Assembly: GCA_965224195.1 (NCBI GenBank)
Contig: OZ245040.1
Span: forward strand, 672,001 to 736,000
DNA length: 64,000 bases
Direction: 5' to 3'
Origin: Nitrosopumilus sp.
GTDB lineage: Archaea > Thermoproteota > Nitrososphaeria > Nitrososphaerales > Nitrosopumilaceae
The notes beneath the pieces were generated by a model. That model searched no databases. It saw nothing but the letters and a program-made list of their open reading frames with translations, and had not been told where the DNA came from. Positions within the stretch are counted from its first letter, which is position 1, and each line of letters begins with the position of its first letter. This document shows, piece after piece, positions 21,100-31,812 of this stretch. The translations under genes were made by a program, and so were the position numbers.

Positions 21100-21963
21100 T
21101 TGTCAAAGTATCAATCTCCTAAAGTAAATGTAAACATGGGTCCAATGAAGGCAATTCTAATATCTGTTCTTCTTCTAATTATTATCGGTGTTGTAGCATC
21201 AGCCTCAGTCAAAATAGTAGATGCAGGTAACAGAGGTGTACTATTACATTGGAACGCAGTTGATCTTTCTTCACCCCCACTAGATGAGGGAATACATTTC
21301 CTTGTTCCATTCCAAGATGATATTGTACAAATGGAAGTTCGTACTCTAAAGTATGACAAAGATACTAGAAGTGCATCAAAAGACCTTCAATCAGTGGAGA
21401 CAACAGTAACTGTCAACTATCATCCAGATAAAGAACAAGTTCACGTATTATTCAAAGAAATTGGTCTAGATTATGAAAATAGAGTTATTCAGCCAGCAAT
21501 TGAGGAGACAGTAAAACAAGTAACTGCAAATTATAATGCTGAAGAATTAATCACAAAAAGACCATTAGTAAAAGCAGACATTGAAAATGCAATTAGAGAG
21601 AGATTAAACCAATTTGATGTCGTAACTGAAGTAATCTCAATTACAGATTTTGAATTCTCAGTATTATTCAACAAAGCAATTGAATCCAAAGTAGAAGCAG
21701 AACAAAACGCACTAAGGGCAGAAAACGACTTGAGAAGAATAGAGGTTGAAGCCAGACAACATGAAGCCACAGCAGAAGGCCTTGCAGCAGCAAATATTGC
21801 AGAATCTAAAGGGGAAGCAGAAGCAATAGCCATCATCAATAAAGCATTAGCTGAAAATCCAAATTATTTGGAATGGTTAAAAATACAAAATTGGGACGGA
21901 GTATTACCTCTAGTAGTAGGTGAAGGTGGAACTCCATTCATTCAAATTCCAACTAAACCTTAG
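21100..21963 (+). CDS. Prohibitin/SPFH (band 7) family protein
   Basis: IVDAGNRGV, SKDLQ, NAEELITKR, AIESKVEAEQ, WDGVLP. Confidence 0.92.
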   Translation: MSKYQSPKVNVNMGPMKAILISVLLLIIIGVVASASVKIVDAGNRGVLLHWNAVDLSSPPLDEGIHFLVPFQDDIVQMEVRTLKYDKDTRSASKDLQSVETTVTVNYHPDKEQVHVLFKEIGLDYENRVIQPAIEETVKQVTANYNAEELITKRPLVKADIENAIRERLNQFDVVTEVISITDFEFSVLFNKAIESKVEAEQNALRAENDLRRIEVEARQHEATAEGLAAANIAESKGEAEAIAIINKALAENPNYLEWLKIQNWDGVLPLVVGEGGTPFIQIPTKP

Positions 21964-21975
21964 TAATTTAGAAAA

Positions 21976-22275
21976 TTATTTTTTATCTCTAGTATTTTCT
22001 CTAATTGCATCATACATTGCAAGAAATTGTTCAGGTTCATTTTGTCTATAATTTTTTTCAAGATTTTGAATTTCTTGATGTGAGATTTGTTCTCCCTTAT
22101 TTTCATAGTATTCTTTAATTATTTGAGACGGGGTTTTTTTGATATTATATTTTTTCAAGGATTTATTGATAGACATTTTACAATACAAATCATAAATTAA
22201 AAATCGATAAGCAAGATAACTCGATAACCCAATAATTGTAACGAGAAGGATTGGAATAATAATAATTGCAGCCAT
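21976..22275 (-). CDS. Hypothetical membrane protein
   Basis: N-terminal TM helix, host-like codon usage. Confidence 0.65.
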   Translation of the reverse strand: MAAIIIIPILLVTIIGLSSYLAYRFLIYDLYCKMSINKSLKKYNIKKTPSQIIKEYYENKGEQISHQEIQNLEKNYRQNEPEQFLAMYDAIRENTRDKK

Positions 22276-22335
22276 GTAATATCATACATAATTTCAGTAT
22301 TTCATTGTTGTTCTTTTGAATGGGGCTTTACTTAT

Positions 22336-22587
22336 TCAAGAATTACGCATAGTAACCTGATTTCCAACTGTATGATGAATCCCAACAACTAATTCTGAAT
22401 GAGTGGTAATTATCATCAAAGTTTCACAAGAAAAGCACAGGATTGAAGGCACATAATCAGCATTTGCTTCAGATGGACCAATGGTAGCTAAAACTGCATC
22501 ATTCTTAAGATCTGTTCCAGCACAATACACACATTTAGAAGGCCTGCTTGAAACACGTTTTATTTTATTGATAAAATAATTCACCAT
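22336..22587 (-). CDS. Small Zn-ribbon-like hypothetical protein
   Basis: CVYC...CFSC. Confidence 0.55.
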   Translation of the reverse strand: MVNYFINKIKRVSSRPSKCVYCAGTDLKNDAVLATIGPSEANADYVPSILCFSCETLMIITTHSELVVGIHHTVGNQVTMRNS

Positions 22588-22723
22588 AATAAAAAAATAG
22601 CACGTAATGATTCTTAAATTAATTGCTATTTAATTTCCAGGCTCTATTTTTCTTCAAATTACTGAATTTAGCACGAATTTCAAATGGTAAAAGAGTTTTA
22701 TTGTAAATGATTTGGAAAAAAAT

Positions 22724-22873
22724 ATGGGATTACTTTCACGTAAAAAAGAAATTATCATAGGCAATATTTGTCCAAAATGTGACATGAAGTTTTCAGATTC
22801 TCAAAGAACATTACGCCATATGGAAAAAGCTCATCAATCTAAAAATAAATTTGAATGTAATTCATGCGGATAA
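22724..22873 (+). CDS. Small C2H2 zinc-finger protein (49 aa, below ORF-track cutoff)
   Basis: MGLLSRKKEIIIGNICPKCDMKFSDSQRTLRHMEKAHQSKNKFECNSCG. Confidence 0.7.
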   Translation: MGLLSRKKEIIIGNICPKCDMKFSDSQRTLRHMEKAHQSKNKFECNSCG

Positions 22874-22915
22874 AAATTAATTTTATTTAGATATTTTATT
22901 AAATAGCAAGAATAA

Positions 22916-23137
22916 ATGAAATTTTCAATGATCACAAAAGACAAATTAAATAAAATTTCAGGAATTATTTCACTTGGTCTGTTTATAGTAATAGTGTTAG
23001 GATATGTCATAGGAAACGAATCATTGTTAGGATTCCCAAATGCCATGTTACTTTATGCTTTAATGCCTTTAGCACTAATCTGGTTTGGTACCAGAAAAAA
23101 TGGGTGTGGAAGTTGCAATCAAAAAATACAAGAGTAG
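22916..23137 (+). CDS. Small two-TM membrane protein
   Basis: Two hydrophobic helices, C-terminal CGSC. Confidence 0.6.
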   Translation: MKFSMITKDKLNKISGIISLGLFIVIVLGYVIGNESLLGFPNAMLLYALMPLALIWFGTRKNGCGSCNQKIQE

Positions 23138-23163
23138 AAATGTAATTAATTATTATTAAAAAT

Positions 23164-24045
23164 CTATTTTTTAGCAATAACTAAATCTGCATCATAATTC
23201 AAAGTTGCACGTGAATTGAGTTTTAAATTCCACGACACATGAGAAGGAGTTTTTGTTTGAGAAATAATTTTAAAGTCCAAATTCCGTAAATTCATGCGTA
23301 ATGATTTTTCATCAAGTGGTTTTTTCACAGAATTAGTTCCCCTATCAAAATCATACGGATCACTAATAACAAAATGGCCTTTAGAGATTTGTTTTGAAAC
23401 ATGTTTTAAAAATTCCATAGGCTCTACAAGTTCTAAAACATTCAATGCAAGAACAAGATCAAATTGTAATTTTCCAAATATCGGGGATAAAAAATCTGCT
23501 ACAATATAATCAAGGTTATTTTTATAAGATTTTTTTGCAATTCTTAAAGCAGAAAAAGATCTATCAACACCAAATACCATCTTGTTAGAGTTCGCTAAAA
23601 AAGAGGTCATAATTCCAATAGAACATCCATATTCTAAAATAAAATTTGATTTTTTTAACGAATCAAGGTTTTTTTGTATTTCAGAATAGAATTTTGAAGA
23701 TGTACTATTTTGATATATCAGTGACCATCGTTCTTCAAGAGTAGTCCTATCTTCATGAGTTTGAGTATTAGATAATGAAGATTTACAAAATTTCTTGAGT
23801 TTTGAATTTTCAATTAATTGATAGAGTTTACCACCTAATCTTTTACGTGATGAAAGGTAAAGAGAAAAATCACTCCATAAAATGGGAATTTTTTCAATTA
23901 TAGGATATCGTCCATTACATTTTGGACATTCTAAAATCCCTTCAACTATTTCCTTGTCTTGTTTGAATAAATTTAATTCTAATTTTGAACCACAATTTAC
24001 ACATTTTAAAAATTCAAGACTAGATTCTAACATGTTCGATGACAA
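23164..24045 (-). CDS. Trm112-like Zn-ribbon fused to SAM-dependent methyltransferase
   Basis: LKCVNCG...ECPKCNGRYPIIEKIP; ILEYGCSIG, GVDRS. Confidence 0.8.
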   Translation of the reverse strand: MSSNMLESSLEFLKCVNCGSKLELNLFKQDKEIVEGILECPKCNGRYPIIEKIPILWSDFSLYLSSRKRLGGKLYQLIENSKLKKFCKSSLSNTQTHEDRTTLEERWSLIYQNSTSSKFYSEIQKNLDSLKKSNFILEYGCSIGIMTSFLANSNKMVFGVDRSFSALRIAKKSYKNNLDYIVADFLSPIFGKLQFDLVLALNVLELVEPMEFLKHVSKQISKGHFVISDPYDFDRGTNSVKKPLDEKSLRMNLRNLDFKIISQTKTPSHVSWNLKLNSRATLNYDADLVIAKK

Positions 24046-24100
24046 ATCAATAGATTTTGAACTATAATTTCTTTGATAGTAAAAATCAAGGTAATCTTAA

Positions 24101-25327
24101 ATGGAGTATTTTGGAATTTTATTCAAATTGGGGGAATTTCAAGAATTTGCAGATGCCCTATTTGGGCAACTATCAGTTGAAATTAATGAAGAAAAGGAAA
24201 TTGTAGAGTTAGCAACTAAGGCTAGAGATGATATTGCAAACAAGGTACAATTCAAAGAGTTAGATGATATTGCGACTGAAATATTACCTGATTTTAAAAA
24301 TAAAGTGGAAGAATTTGTAGGAATAAAGATCCCAGAAAATATTTTATTAAAATTTCCAGAATTAGAAGAATTAAAGAGAATTAAAGGAAACAAAGTATTT
24401 GCAGATAAAGAATCAAAAGAGTTTGTCAAAGAATTATTCAATGCAGTTGCAAAAGAAAACCTAACAAAGATTGCAGAGTTGATGCAACAAGATACTGCAA
24501 AATATTTAGTATATTCTACATATGCTATTCAATACATTTCAAAAATTACAACAACATATGGAGATTATTTAGATTCAGAAATTTATTTAAATAAATTCAT
24601 TTTGTCAAGATATCCACAAATAATTCTACATAAACAAGGTGAACCGTATGATTCAAAATTTCAAAATGTTAATTCAGGATATCTAGGAGCAGTAAAAATG
24701 ACAGTTCTTGAGGAATTAATTCATTCAACACAAGAAAACCTTCAACAAGTAAACAAAAGGGCAGCAATGGAAGTAAACAAAATAAATGAAGAACTAGCTA
24801 AAATTATCTTATCATTAGATACTGAAACAATCAACAAATTATCAGAGTATTGTCAATTACAAGCAGTCCCAGATGATTTTCCGTTTGCAAAAAAAGCTAA
24901 TTTATTTTTCTTTTTGAATCCAGATCATTTCTTAATTGAGCAAATAGGTCCAGATGTTATGACATTTACACATGTAGAAATAGATCCTAAAATTGGAGAA
25001 TCAATTCCAGAATTATTAGACATTTACAAGAGATGGCTAGTTCCAATCCAGCAACACCATGCTGCCTTTACTGCAATGGAAGGAATGGCAGCATTTGTTA
25101 TTGAAAATATCTTAAAAGATGATCAAGATTTTCAAAATTATCTATCAACGTTTATGGGAACTGATTTTTCATCATATCAGGTGAGAAAAAGCATGGGTAA
25201 AGACTTTACAAAAATATTATATGAAAAACTGGGCAAAGATACGTTCAAAAAGATGATAGAAATCCCTCCAAACACTAGAGAACTTAAGGATCCTCAACTA
25301 TATCTTAAAAAACTGAGTCTGCAATAA
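24101..25327 (+). CDS. Conserved hypothetical protein (zincin-like)
   Basis: 408-aa ORF, VLEELIHS and AMEGMA motifs. Confidence 0.65.
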   Translation: MEYFGILFKLGEFQEFADALFGQLSVEINEEKEIVELATKARDDIANKVQFKELDDIATEILPDFKNKVEEFVGIKIPENILLKFPELEELKRIKGNKVFADKESKEFVKELFNAVAKENLTKIAELMQQDTAKYLVYSTYAIQYISKITTTYGDYLDSEIYLNKFILSRYPQIILHKQGEPYDSKFQNVNSGYLGAVKMTVLEELIHSTQENLQQVNKRAAMEVNKINEELAKIILSLDTETINKLSEYCQLQAVPDDFPFAKKANLFFFLNPDHFLIEQIGPDVMTFTHVEIDPKIGESIPELLDIYKRWLVPIQQHHAAFTAMEGMAAFVIENILKDDQDFQNYLSTFMGTDFSSYQVRKSMGKDFTKILYEKLGKDTFKKMIEIPPNTRELKDPQLYLKKLSLQ

Positions 25328-26146
25328 TTGGAAGAAAAATTTGATCCATTAGTTGCAGAGTGGCTTGCATTTGTAAACAATCCAAACTACAACATGGTCG
25401 AAAAATGTCTCAAGTTTGCACAAATTTTAGAATATCCAGATCTAAATGTAGATGATTATATTCAAAAAATTAATCACATTGGAAAAGCACTAAAAGAATC
25501 AATTAGCGATGTAAAAAATCCTACATATTTGATTTCAATGTTAAATGAACATCTTTTTGAAAACTTGGGGTTTAGTGGAGACGATGATGACTACTATAAT
25601 CCAAAAAACAATTTTCTAAATGAAGTAATTGATAAAAAAACAGGGCTTCCAATCACTATTTCAATCCTATATGCAGAAATTGCAAAATTTATTGGGTTAG
25701 AATTAAAGATAGTAGGATTTCCAAGTCATATTTTGGTAAAATACAATGAAGAGATGATTTTAGATCCATTTTATGATGGACGTTTACTAGATGTTGATGA
25801 CTTGCAAGATATTCTTGATGCTAATTATGGAGGACAACTAGAATTTAAACCAGAATTTCTTGACGAAGTTAAACCAGAACAAATTCTTGTAAGACTAACA
25901 AGAAACTTGAAAAATTCCTATGTTCAATCATTTGTTTATGAAAAAGCTTTACGTTGTGTAAACATGGTACTAGTTATTGAACCAGAATCTCCTGAAGATA
26001 TTAGAGATAAAGGGATTTTAGAAGAAAGATTACAAAATTTTGAAATTGCTTTAAAATATTTGAATAAATATTTAGAAATAAACCCAAACGCAGAAGATGT
26101 AGACTTTATTTTAGAATTAATTAGAAGTATAAAGACAAAAAATTAA
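25328..26146 (+). CDS. SirB1/transglutaminase-like protein with C-terminal TPR
   Basis: GFSGDDDDYYNPKNNFLNEVI, GLPITISILY, GFPSH, LDPFYDG. Confidence 0.85.
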   Translation: MEEKFDPLVAEWLAFVNNPNYNMVEKCLKFAQILEYPDLNVDDYIQKINHIGKALKESISDVKNPTYLISMLNEHLFENLGFSGDDDDYYNPKNNFLNEVIDKKTGLPITISILYAEIAKFIGLELKIVGFPSHILVKYNEEMILDPFYDGRLLDVDDLQDILDANYGGQLEFKPEFLDEVKPEQILVRLTRNLKNSYVQSFVYEKALRCVNMVLVIEPESPEDIRDKGILEERLQNFEIALKYLNKYLEINPNAEDVDFILELIRSIKTKN

Positions 26147-26313
26147 TCAATAATTGAATCTACATCAGTTCCTTGTTTGATCATTGAGATTTCATGACGA
26201 GCAATTTTATTTCTTAGTGCTTGTTTGAGGATATCAACTTCGCTTCTAAGTAATGCAATTTCGTCTTCAAGTTTTGCAACTCTCTCATAGATGGTTTCAG
26301 CTTCTGAACTCAT
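26143..26313 (-). CDS. Small coiled-coil protein (56 aa)
   Basis: MSSEAETIYERVAKLEDEIALLRSEVDILKQAL heptad pattern. Confidence 0.65.
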   Translation of the reverse strand: MSSEAETIYERVAKLEDEIALLRSEVDILKQALRNKIARHEISMIKQGTDVDSIID

Positions 26314-26678
26314 AATTATCTATCTGGAAAAATTTGTCTTAAAAAGTTATGGGTAAATGTTTTGATAGACAGGCTAGCTTTTTGAACTATAAGTTAAGGT
26401 AGGAAATACTGACTTTTTCTTTTAATGAGTAACTATGAGATTCAATTTGGCAAGAAATATCTCTGATTTTGGGAATAAAATGAATAGAGATAGGAATGAA
26501 GAATTAATTTAAAAATTAACTAAATTGGTTTTGTAATGCAGTAAGAACCATCAATTCAAACTGACATTTTTCAAATTCCCCATTCAATGTTACAATCTCA
26601 GCGTTAATCAAAGCAATTTGACTTTCAAGTTGAGCAGTTAGCACAGAATCTGATGTGGTAGGGCAATTACAAAAGAAA

Positions 26679-27722
26679 TTAATTCAGATGTGAAAGTAAT
26701 ATTGTAAAAACTGCCCCTCCAGTAGAAGAGTTTTGAGCATAAATTTTACCACTGTGTGCTTTGACTATGTTTTTACAGCTAACTAATCCTATTCCTGTTC
26801 CGGTTTGTTTTGTGGCGTACAATGGCTCAAATATGGTTTCAAGACTATTTTCAGGAATTCCTTCACCACTATCAGTTACAATAATTTTATCAAACATATC
26901 TTCTGTTTCTGAATCCACTTTTATGTTACCTTCATTACTCCCGATAGCTTGAATTGCATTTGAAACTAAATTTATCAAAATATTTTGCATTTGAAATTTA
27001 TCTATCCAAATTTCTTTATCAGTATCTGAAATTATGATTTTAACATTTTTTGAGTGATTAATTATTTTTAGTGTTTCAGATAATAGCCATGAAAATTTCA
27101 CGCTCTCTTTAACAGGGGGTTTCACCTTGACAAAGCTCAAAACTTCATCAATTTGATGGTTCATTCGTAATGCAGCATCTTGTATCCTATCAAAATAATA
27201 CATGTTATTTTTTACTACTGGATTTTTCTTCTTCATAATTTCTAATGAGGTATTTATCACGGTCAGTGGATTTCTCAAATCATGTGTAATTCTTGCAGAT
27301 ATTTCTCCAATAGTAGTTAATCTTTCAGTTTTGATTAGTTCTTTTTGATATGCATCCAATTTTGTACCCAATTCTGAAACCCTTTCAGAAAGTTCATTTA
27401 TTTCACATACCTTTGATGTTGTTTTTTCATTTTTTAAATTACCTTTTGCAATATTGTCTATATTTTTCTTAATTTTTAACACAGGATTACTTATTGATTG
27501 ACTGATATGCACGCCTACGATTGTAGATATCACAACGATAAGAATAGAGATCATGACAACTTTAACAAGAATATTTTGTGTATTGGTATTGATATTTTCG
27601 ATAGAATAATCTACAATTAGCATTCCAATTTTTTCAATTAGAATTATTGGTTTTGATATACGAATTACATCGTCATCTATTTCAAAAATTCTCTTCGCAT
27701 GTGCCATTTCTGTCGCATCCAT
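26679..27722 (-). pseudogene. HAMP-HisKA-HATPase sensor histidine kinase, 5'-truncated by IS
   Basis: ITHDLRNPL H-box, NLVSNAIQA, DSGEGIP, GTGIGL; first about 14 codons lie in IS sequence and the first TM/sensor domain is missing. Confidence 0.8.
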
Positions 27723-28179
27723 TTGCCTCTGTTTGCAGCCTTAATTCCAGTGCTGTCAATTGCCAAAATAATTTCATTCTCAGAATCATTATTCATTGAT
27801 TCATCCATCCTGATGTCAAGCTTGTTTATTCTCTTGTGGATTGATGTGAAATCAGGAACTGCTGGAATGCGTCTGGAATATGCACGTATCATCCCTTTCA
27901 GTTTGTCTGAATGGTAATCCAAAATAGATTCTGGCATAACCTAGCAATTTCATAAACGATTCAGGATAGCCTGGACTTTCTACCTCTTTTATTATGATTC
28001 ATGACCTCTAGTTCTTTATGCCAGTTATCAATAACATCAAATGACATGATGATCTCACCCCTTCTGACTAGTTTCTCATTGTATTGACTCCATTGTACCA
28101 TGAAAATAATTAGAATGTGAGATCCAAAGCTATTGTGGTGTAATGATATTGATCAGATTGTTATTTGTTTGACAAAGTA
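27681..28179 (-). mobile_element. Truncated copy of the same IS5/IS903-like element as 3030..4026
   Basis: Same left end (TACTTTGTCAAACAAATAACAATCTGATC) and 5' transposase half (RIPAVPDFTSIHKRINKLDI, AIDSTGIK), frameshifted, 3' half missing. Confidence 0.88.
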
Positions 28180-28307
28180 ATGTTTTATCTTGCATACTTG
28201 TGGCAAAAGATCAAAATTTGGCACCGGCCCAGTTAAAGACCTGCAGATCTTCTGGCGTATTTTTTGCCTTGTCAAATGTAACTGTTGAGATGAAACTTTT
28301 TTTGATC

Positions 28308-29741
28308 TCAGAGGTCTTGTGCGCTAAAAAAGTTGCCGTGAAATGAGAATGGCACATGGTGCATAATCTGAGCACGTGCCTGCTCCTCAAATGTGGCCGA
28401 ATCTAGCACTAGCAAGAATGATTTTTTGGAGGATGTGTCAAGGACTATGGACAATATTGCCCCTTCGTCTTCTTTCTCAGAGCCCGGCTTTGGTACAAAT
28501 ACCGGCTCTCCGGGATAGCAGTCTTTCTCTGACCATCCCTTGGTGCTATCATCAGTGATGTCTATCTTTACTAAGCCATCTGCAATGCCATACCCCTTTG
28601 TATCTGCAATGCCGTATACGAACTTGTACACCTTGGTGTTCTTTGACTCGTAGTTTATTCTTGGCAGTTCTACTGGCTGTTCAGACAGTTTGCTCCATGT
28701 CGTGGAACCATCTGGTTTTATTATGTATCGTCTTAGCTCAGATGGGGTCATCTTTTTTGGCGTTGTACTTCCCCTTATCACATCAAGATAGAGATTTGAT
28801 ATGATGTCAGGGTTTTCGTATGCTATTATATCAACAACTATGGAATCATCAGTCTCAAATGCATTGACGTGATGAAATGCAAAAAATGCGTCTGATTTTG
28901 CATAGCGTATGCTGCCATCCTTTCTTGATATTATTATGAATCTGGTTCCCCTTTCCGGCTTCCATACAAAATTTTCAATAAACGGTTTTGATCCAAGCAG
29001 TAAATTCATTGGAGATACGACAAACGGAAACTCTGTAAATATTATATAGTTTTTTGAAAGTGCAAAGCTGTGCATGTATGCCGGCTCTTTTATGCCGTCT
29101 ATCTTTGCTATGATCTGGCGCTCAGCAGCACCGGCTTGTGTCTGGTATGCCATGTAACTGCTTACACGTCCCATCTTTGCCATGTAGCTTATCTGAGATG
29201 AATCATCGTCGTGTGGATGTGCAGAACCGATTTGTGCCTCTTGCAGATCCTTTTGTGAATCAGAGTACTTTATGTGGCCTATGGTCTTTAGCGTGTCTTT
29301 GTCAAATACTATGGGCATTGTAGTCTCAGTTAGCGATACGTACTTGCCGTCAATCATCGCAGTGTTTACATTTGGATTGTCAGTAAAGCGCGACCGTAAA
29401 AATACTGATGTAAACTGCTTGAATATGGACTTGCATGGGTCTGTTGCAAACTCTCTAAGTGATATTTCTTTGTCCTTGTCTGCGCCTTTGTATGCATCAC
29501 TTTCTAAAAATTTGTTAGAGTACTTTACAGCACCCTTGCTAATGTCGTATTTGTGTATCATTGCAAGGCCGTCAAACCAGTGGTTGTACTTTTGCTTGCC
29601 TATCTCAAATTTTGCAGGCCCTGTCCTGAGCAATGTTCCGTGTATCCAATCAGGAATGTTTCCTGTTATCTCTAGCTGGACATCTTGAACTTGGTCATTT
29701 AGTGTCGTGGTTCCCAATATTCCATGGATGCTCATGTACAT
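28308..29741 (-). CDS. Carotenoid cleavage oxygenase (RPE65/BCO-like)
   Basis: GTLLRTGP, HWFDGLAM, FATDPCKSIF, SAHPH, YMHSF, FHHVNAFE, ELPRINY, GEPVFVP, FSFHGNF (four Fe-binding His). Confidence 0.92.
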   Translation of the reverse strand: MYMSIHGILGTTTLNDQVQDVQLEITGNIPDWIHGTLLRTGPAKFEIGKQKYNHWFDGLAMIHKYDISKGAVKYSNKFLESDAYKGADKDKEISLREFATDPCKSIFKQFTSVFLRSRFTDNPNVNTAMIDGKYVSLTETTMPIVFDKDTLKTIGHIKYSDSQKDLQEAQIGSAHPHDDDSSQISYMAKMGRVSSYMAYQTQAGAAERQIIAKIDGIKEPAYMHSFALSKNYIIFTEFPFVVSPMNLLLGSKPFIENFVWKPERGTRFIIISRKDGSIRYAKSDAFFAFHHVNAFETDDSIVVDIIAYENPDIISNLYLDVIRGSTTPKKMTPSELRRYIIKPDGSTTWSKLSEQPVELPRINYESKNTKVYKFVYGIADTKGYGIADGLVKIDITDDSTKGWSEKDCYPGEPVFVPKPGSEKEDEGAILSIVLDTSSKKSFLLVLDSATFEEQARAQIMHHVPFSFHGNFFSAQDL

Positions 29742-30221
29742 GGTGGGTTTCTTGATATTTATAATTCTTGTTGAAAATTACATCAAAAATCCATCTTTAT
29801 CTGCTTGATGAAGAGTTCTCATATCAAATACAAAATACTTTGTTTATCCATATTCCCTAATGTAAATTCGTCAACCCTCTTTTCTTTGCATATGTATCAT
29901 GATCAATTCATCTTAAAACTGATCATCTAGACAAATTATGGTGATCATTTAGATCGATGAATAACGATATCACAGATTAATTCATGCAATTCAAGGAATT
30001 GACTGACAAACAAGGGATATCATAGAACAAGAATCAGATATGAAAGGAACTGTGATAATTATTTATCATTTGTTTACTTGGCATCAATTATGATGTATTG
30101 GTGAGTTTTAGGATAAGTTGCATACAAGGGGGATTGTCCAAACTGTCATGAATAAAAGAAAAATTCAAAATCTATAGTAAGAAATCTGCCTGGTTTTGAC
30201 CAAAGCAAAAAATAAATCAGA

Positions 30222-30575
30222 TTATTTTTTCTTTGATTCTTTTATTCGTCTGACTGCAATCTCTTTTGCAAGTTGGCTGATTAGTCGAACCTGTTTTGAA
30301 TCCAGATTAAGTTTGTACATTATTGCCCTGCCTGATCGTCTGGTTCTAGTTATGAGGGATTCTGATTCAAAAGTTCTTATTTCATTTAGAGCAGTCTTGA
30401 ATGATATTCCAGAGTATCTTGCAATATCTGAAATCGAATAATCATAATCGTCAAACACAATTAGAAAATCCAAAATCTTTGATCTGGAACATGGAAATGC
30501 ATCTTCAAGAGGTCCAAATTCCAGAACTTTTCCATCAATCTCCGGTACTGTTTCAGACACCGTTTCAGACACCAT
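30222..30575 (-). CDS. Winged-helix DNA-binding protein
   Basis: DYSISDIARYSGISFKTA...TRRSGRAIMYKLN. Confidence 0.8.
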   Translation of the reverse strand: MVSETVSETVPEIDGKVLEFGPLEDAFPCSRSKILDFLIVFDDYDYSISDIARYSGISFKTALNEIRTFESESLITRTRRSGRAIMYKLNLDSKQVRLISQLAKEIAVRRIKESKKK

Positions 30576-30677
30576 GTTATCGGTAACATCAACATGTATT
30601 TATTATTTACTTGGTTCCTCAATATTATGTAATCAGTTTCATAATACTAATATAATTGCTGTGTATTTAGTCACATA

Positions 30678-30920
30678 ATGGAATTGGATTCGACATCGAA
30701 AAAAATCCTCAAGAAAATGCTGCTGCATAACGTATGTGGCGGAAAACATCACGGATTAGATGATTTGAAGAGGGGATTTCCATCCCATGTCAAAGGTGAT
30801 GTGGAAAAAACGATGAAACAGTTGGTAAGAAAGAATTTGGTTTTAAGGCATCCTACGAAATATGGGTTTCAGTATTCGTTAAATCATGATAAAATAGAGA
30901 AGATTGAAAAAATAATATGA
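30678..30920 (+). CDS. Small basic winged-helix-like hypothetical protein
   Basis: GGKHHGLDDLKRGFPSH...KQLVRKNLVLRHPTKYGFQYSLN; divergent from the wHTH gene. Confidence 0.65.
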   Translation: MELDSTSKKILKKMLLHNVCGGKHHGLDDLKRGFPSHVKGDVEKTMKQLVRKNLVLRHPTKYGFQYSLNHDKIEKIEKII

Positions 30921-31812
30921 TTTAGGATTTCTGATTCATGGCAAATGTGTCGATATTAGATACAATCACCTTCGCAAGGAAGGGTTTGAGAAGATGTCCT
31001 ATTTACAGAATTGTTTTAAAAAAAAATGGTTGCCCTTTGAATCAGAATTTTTCAAGTTTGGTGGCACTGAAAAAACACATCACTTCAATATCTGTTGATT
31101 CTTTGAGAGATGGTGTGTTGCTGCTTTTTTTGGCAATGTACAGAGAATCTGCTGGCATTTCAACCATTGCTATCCATGCCGTTATCACCAATCTCAGATG
31201 CGGTGCTTGTAATTTTGTTTACAAGATATGCCTGATGGCTCTTTGTTGCAGGAATGACTGCTGCACGTTTAGACTTTTTTTATGAGGGTTTCTGCAAAAA
31301 CAATGTCTTTGTCTTTTGGAGTGTCATTAACAGGACAAGCAACTGCAGACTCATCTTTTGATGGTGCAGGTTTTGAATTGCTAAATAAAATACTGATGCC
31401 TTTAATCGTAAGCCATACGAAATTAGAGTAAGAAATCTTCTCTGGTTTTATTAGTTGGACAATCCTTCTTACAATTTGAACTTGTTTACCATAGTTATGT
31501 TTTGAATTAGTGACTTGTCTGGCGTGATGTCTGCCTCTCTAACCATTGTAAAATGAGCTTAAATCTAGAGTTTAAGGTTTTTTGAAATACTCTGATTGTT
31601 CTCTTTTAGGTACGGCGCTCCCTGCTAGTTCCTCTGGATATCCATTCTCCTTTTTGCGAAAATTATCCCGGATTGTATAGATATCATCCATGGTAATCTC
31701 TGGTTTTGGAGATACAACTATGGTAATTTCTGTATTTTGTCTTGGTATTCCTGGATTTGCATTTGTGCACTGAGGTATGCAGTTTGGCGTTTTTGTACTG
31801 TCATCAGGTGGC

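Noticed and set aside
30938-31285. 115-aa plus-strand ORF
   Set aside because: No recognisable motifs; the minus strand looks like the decayed coding strand
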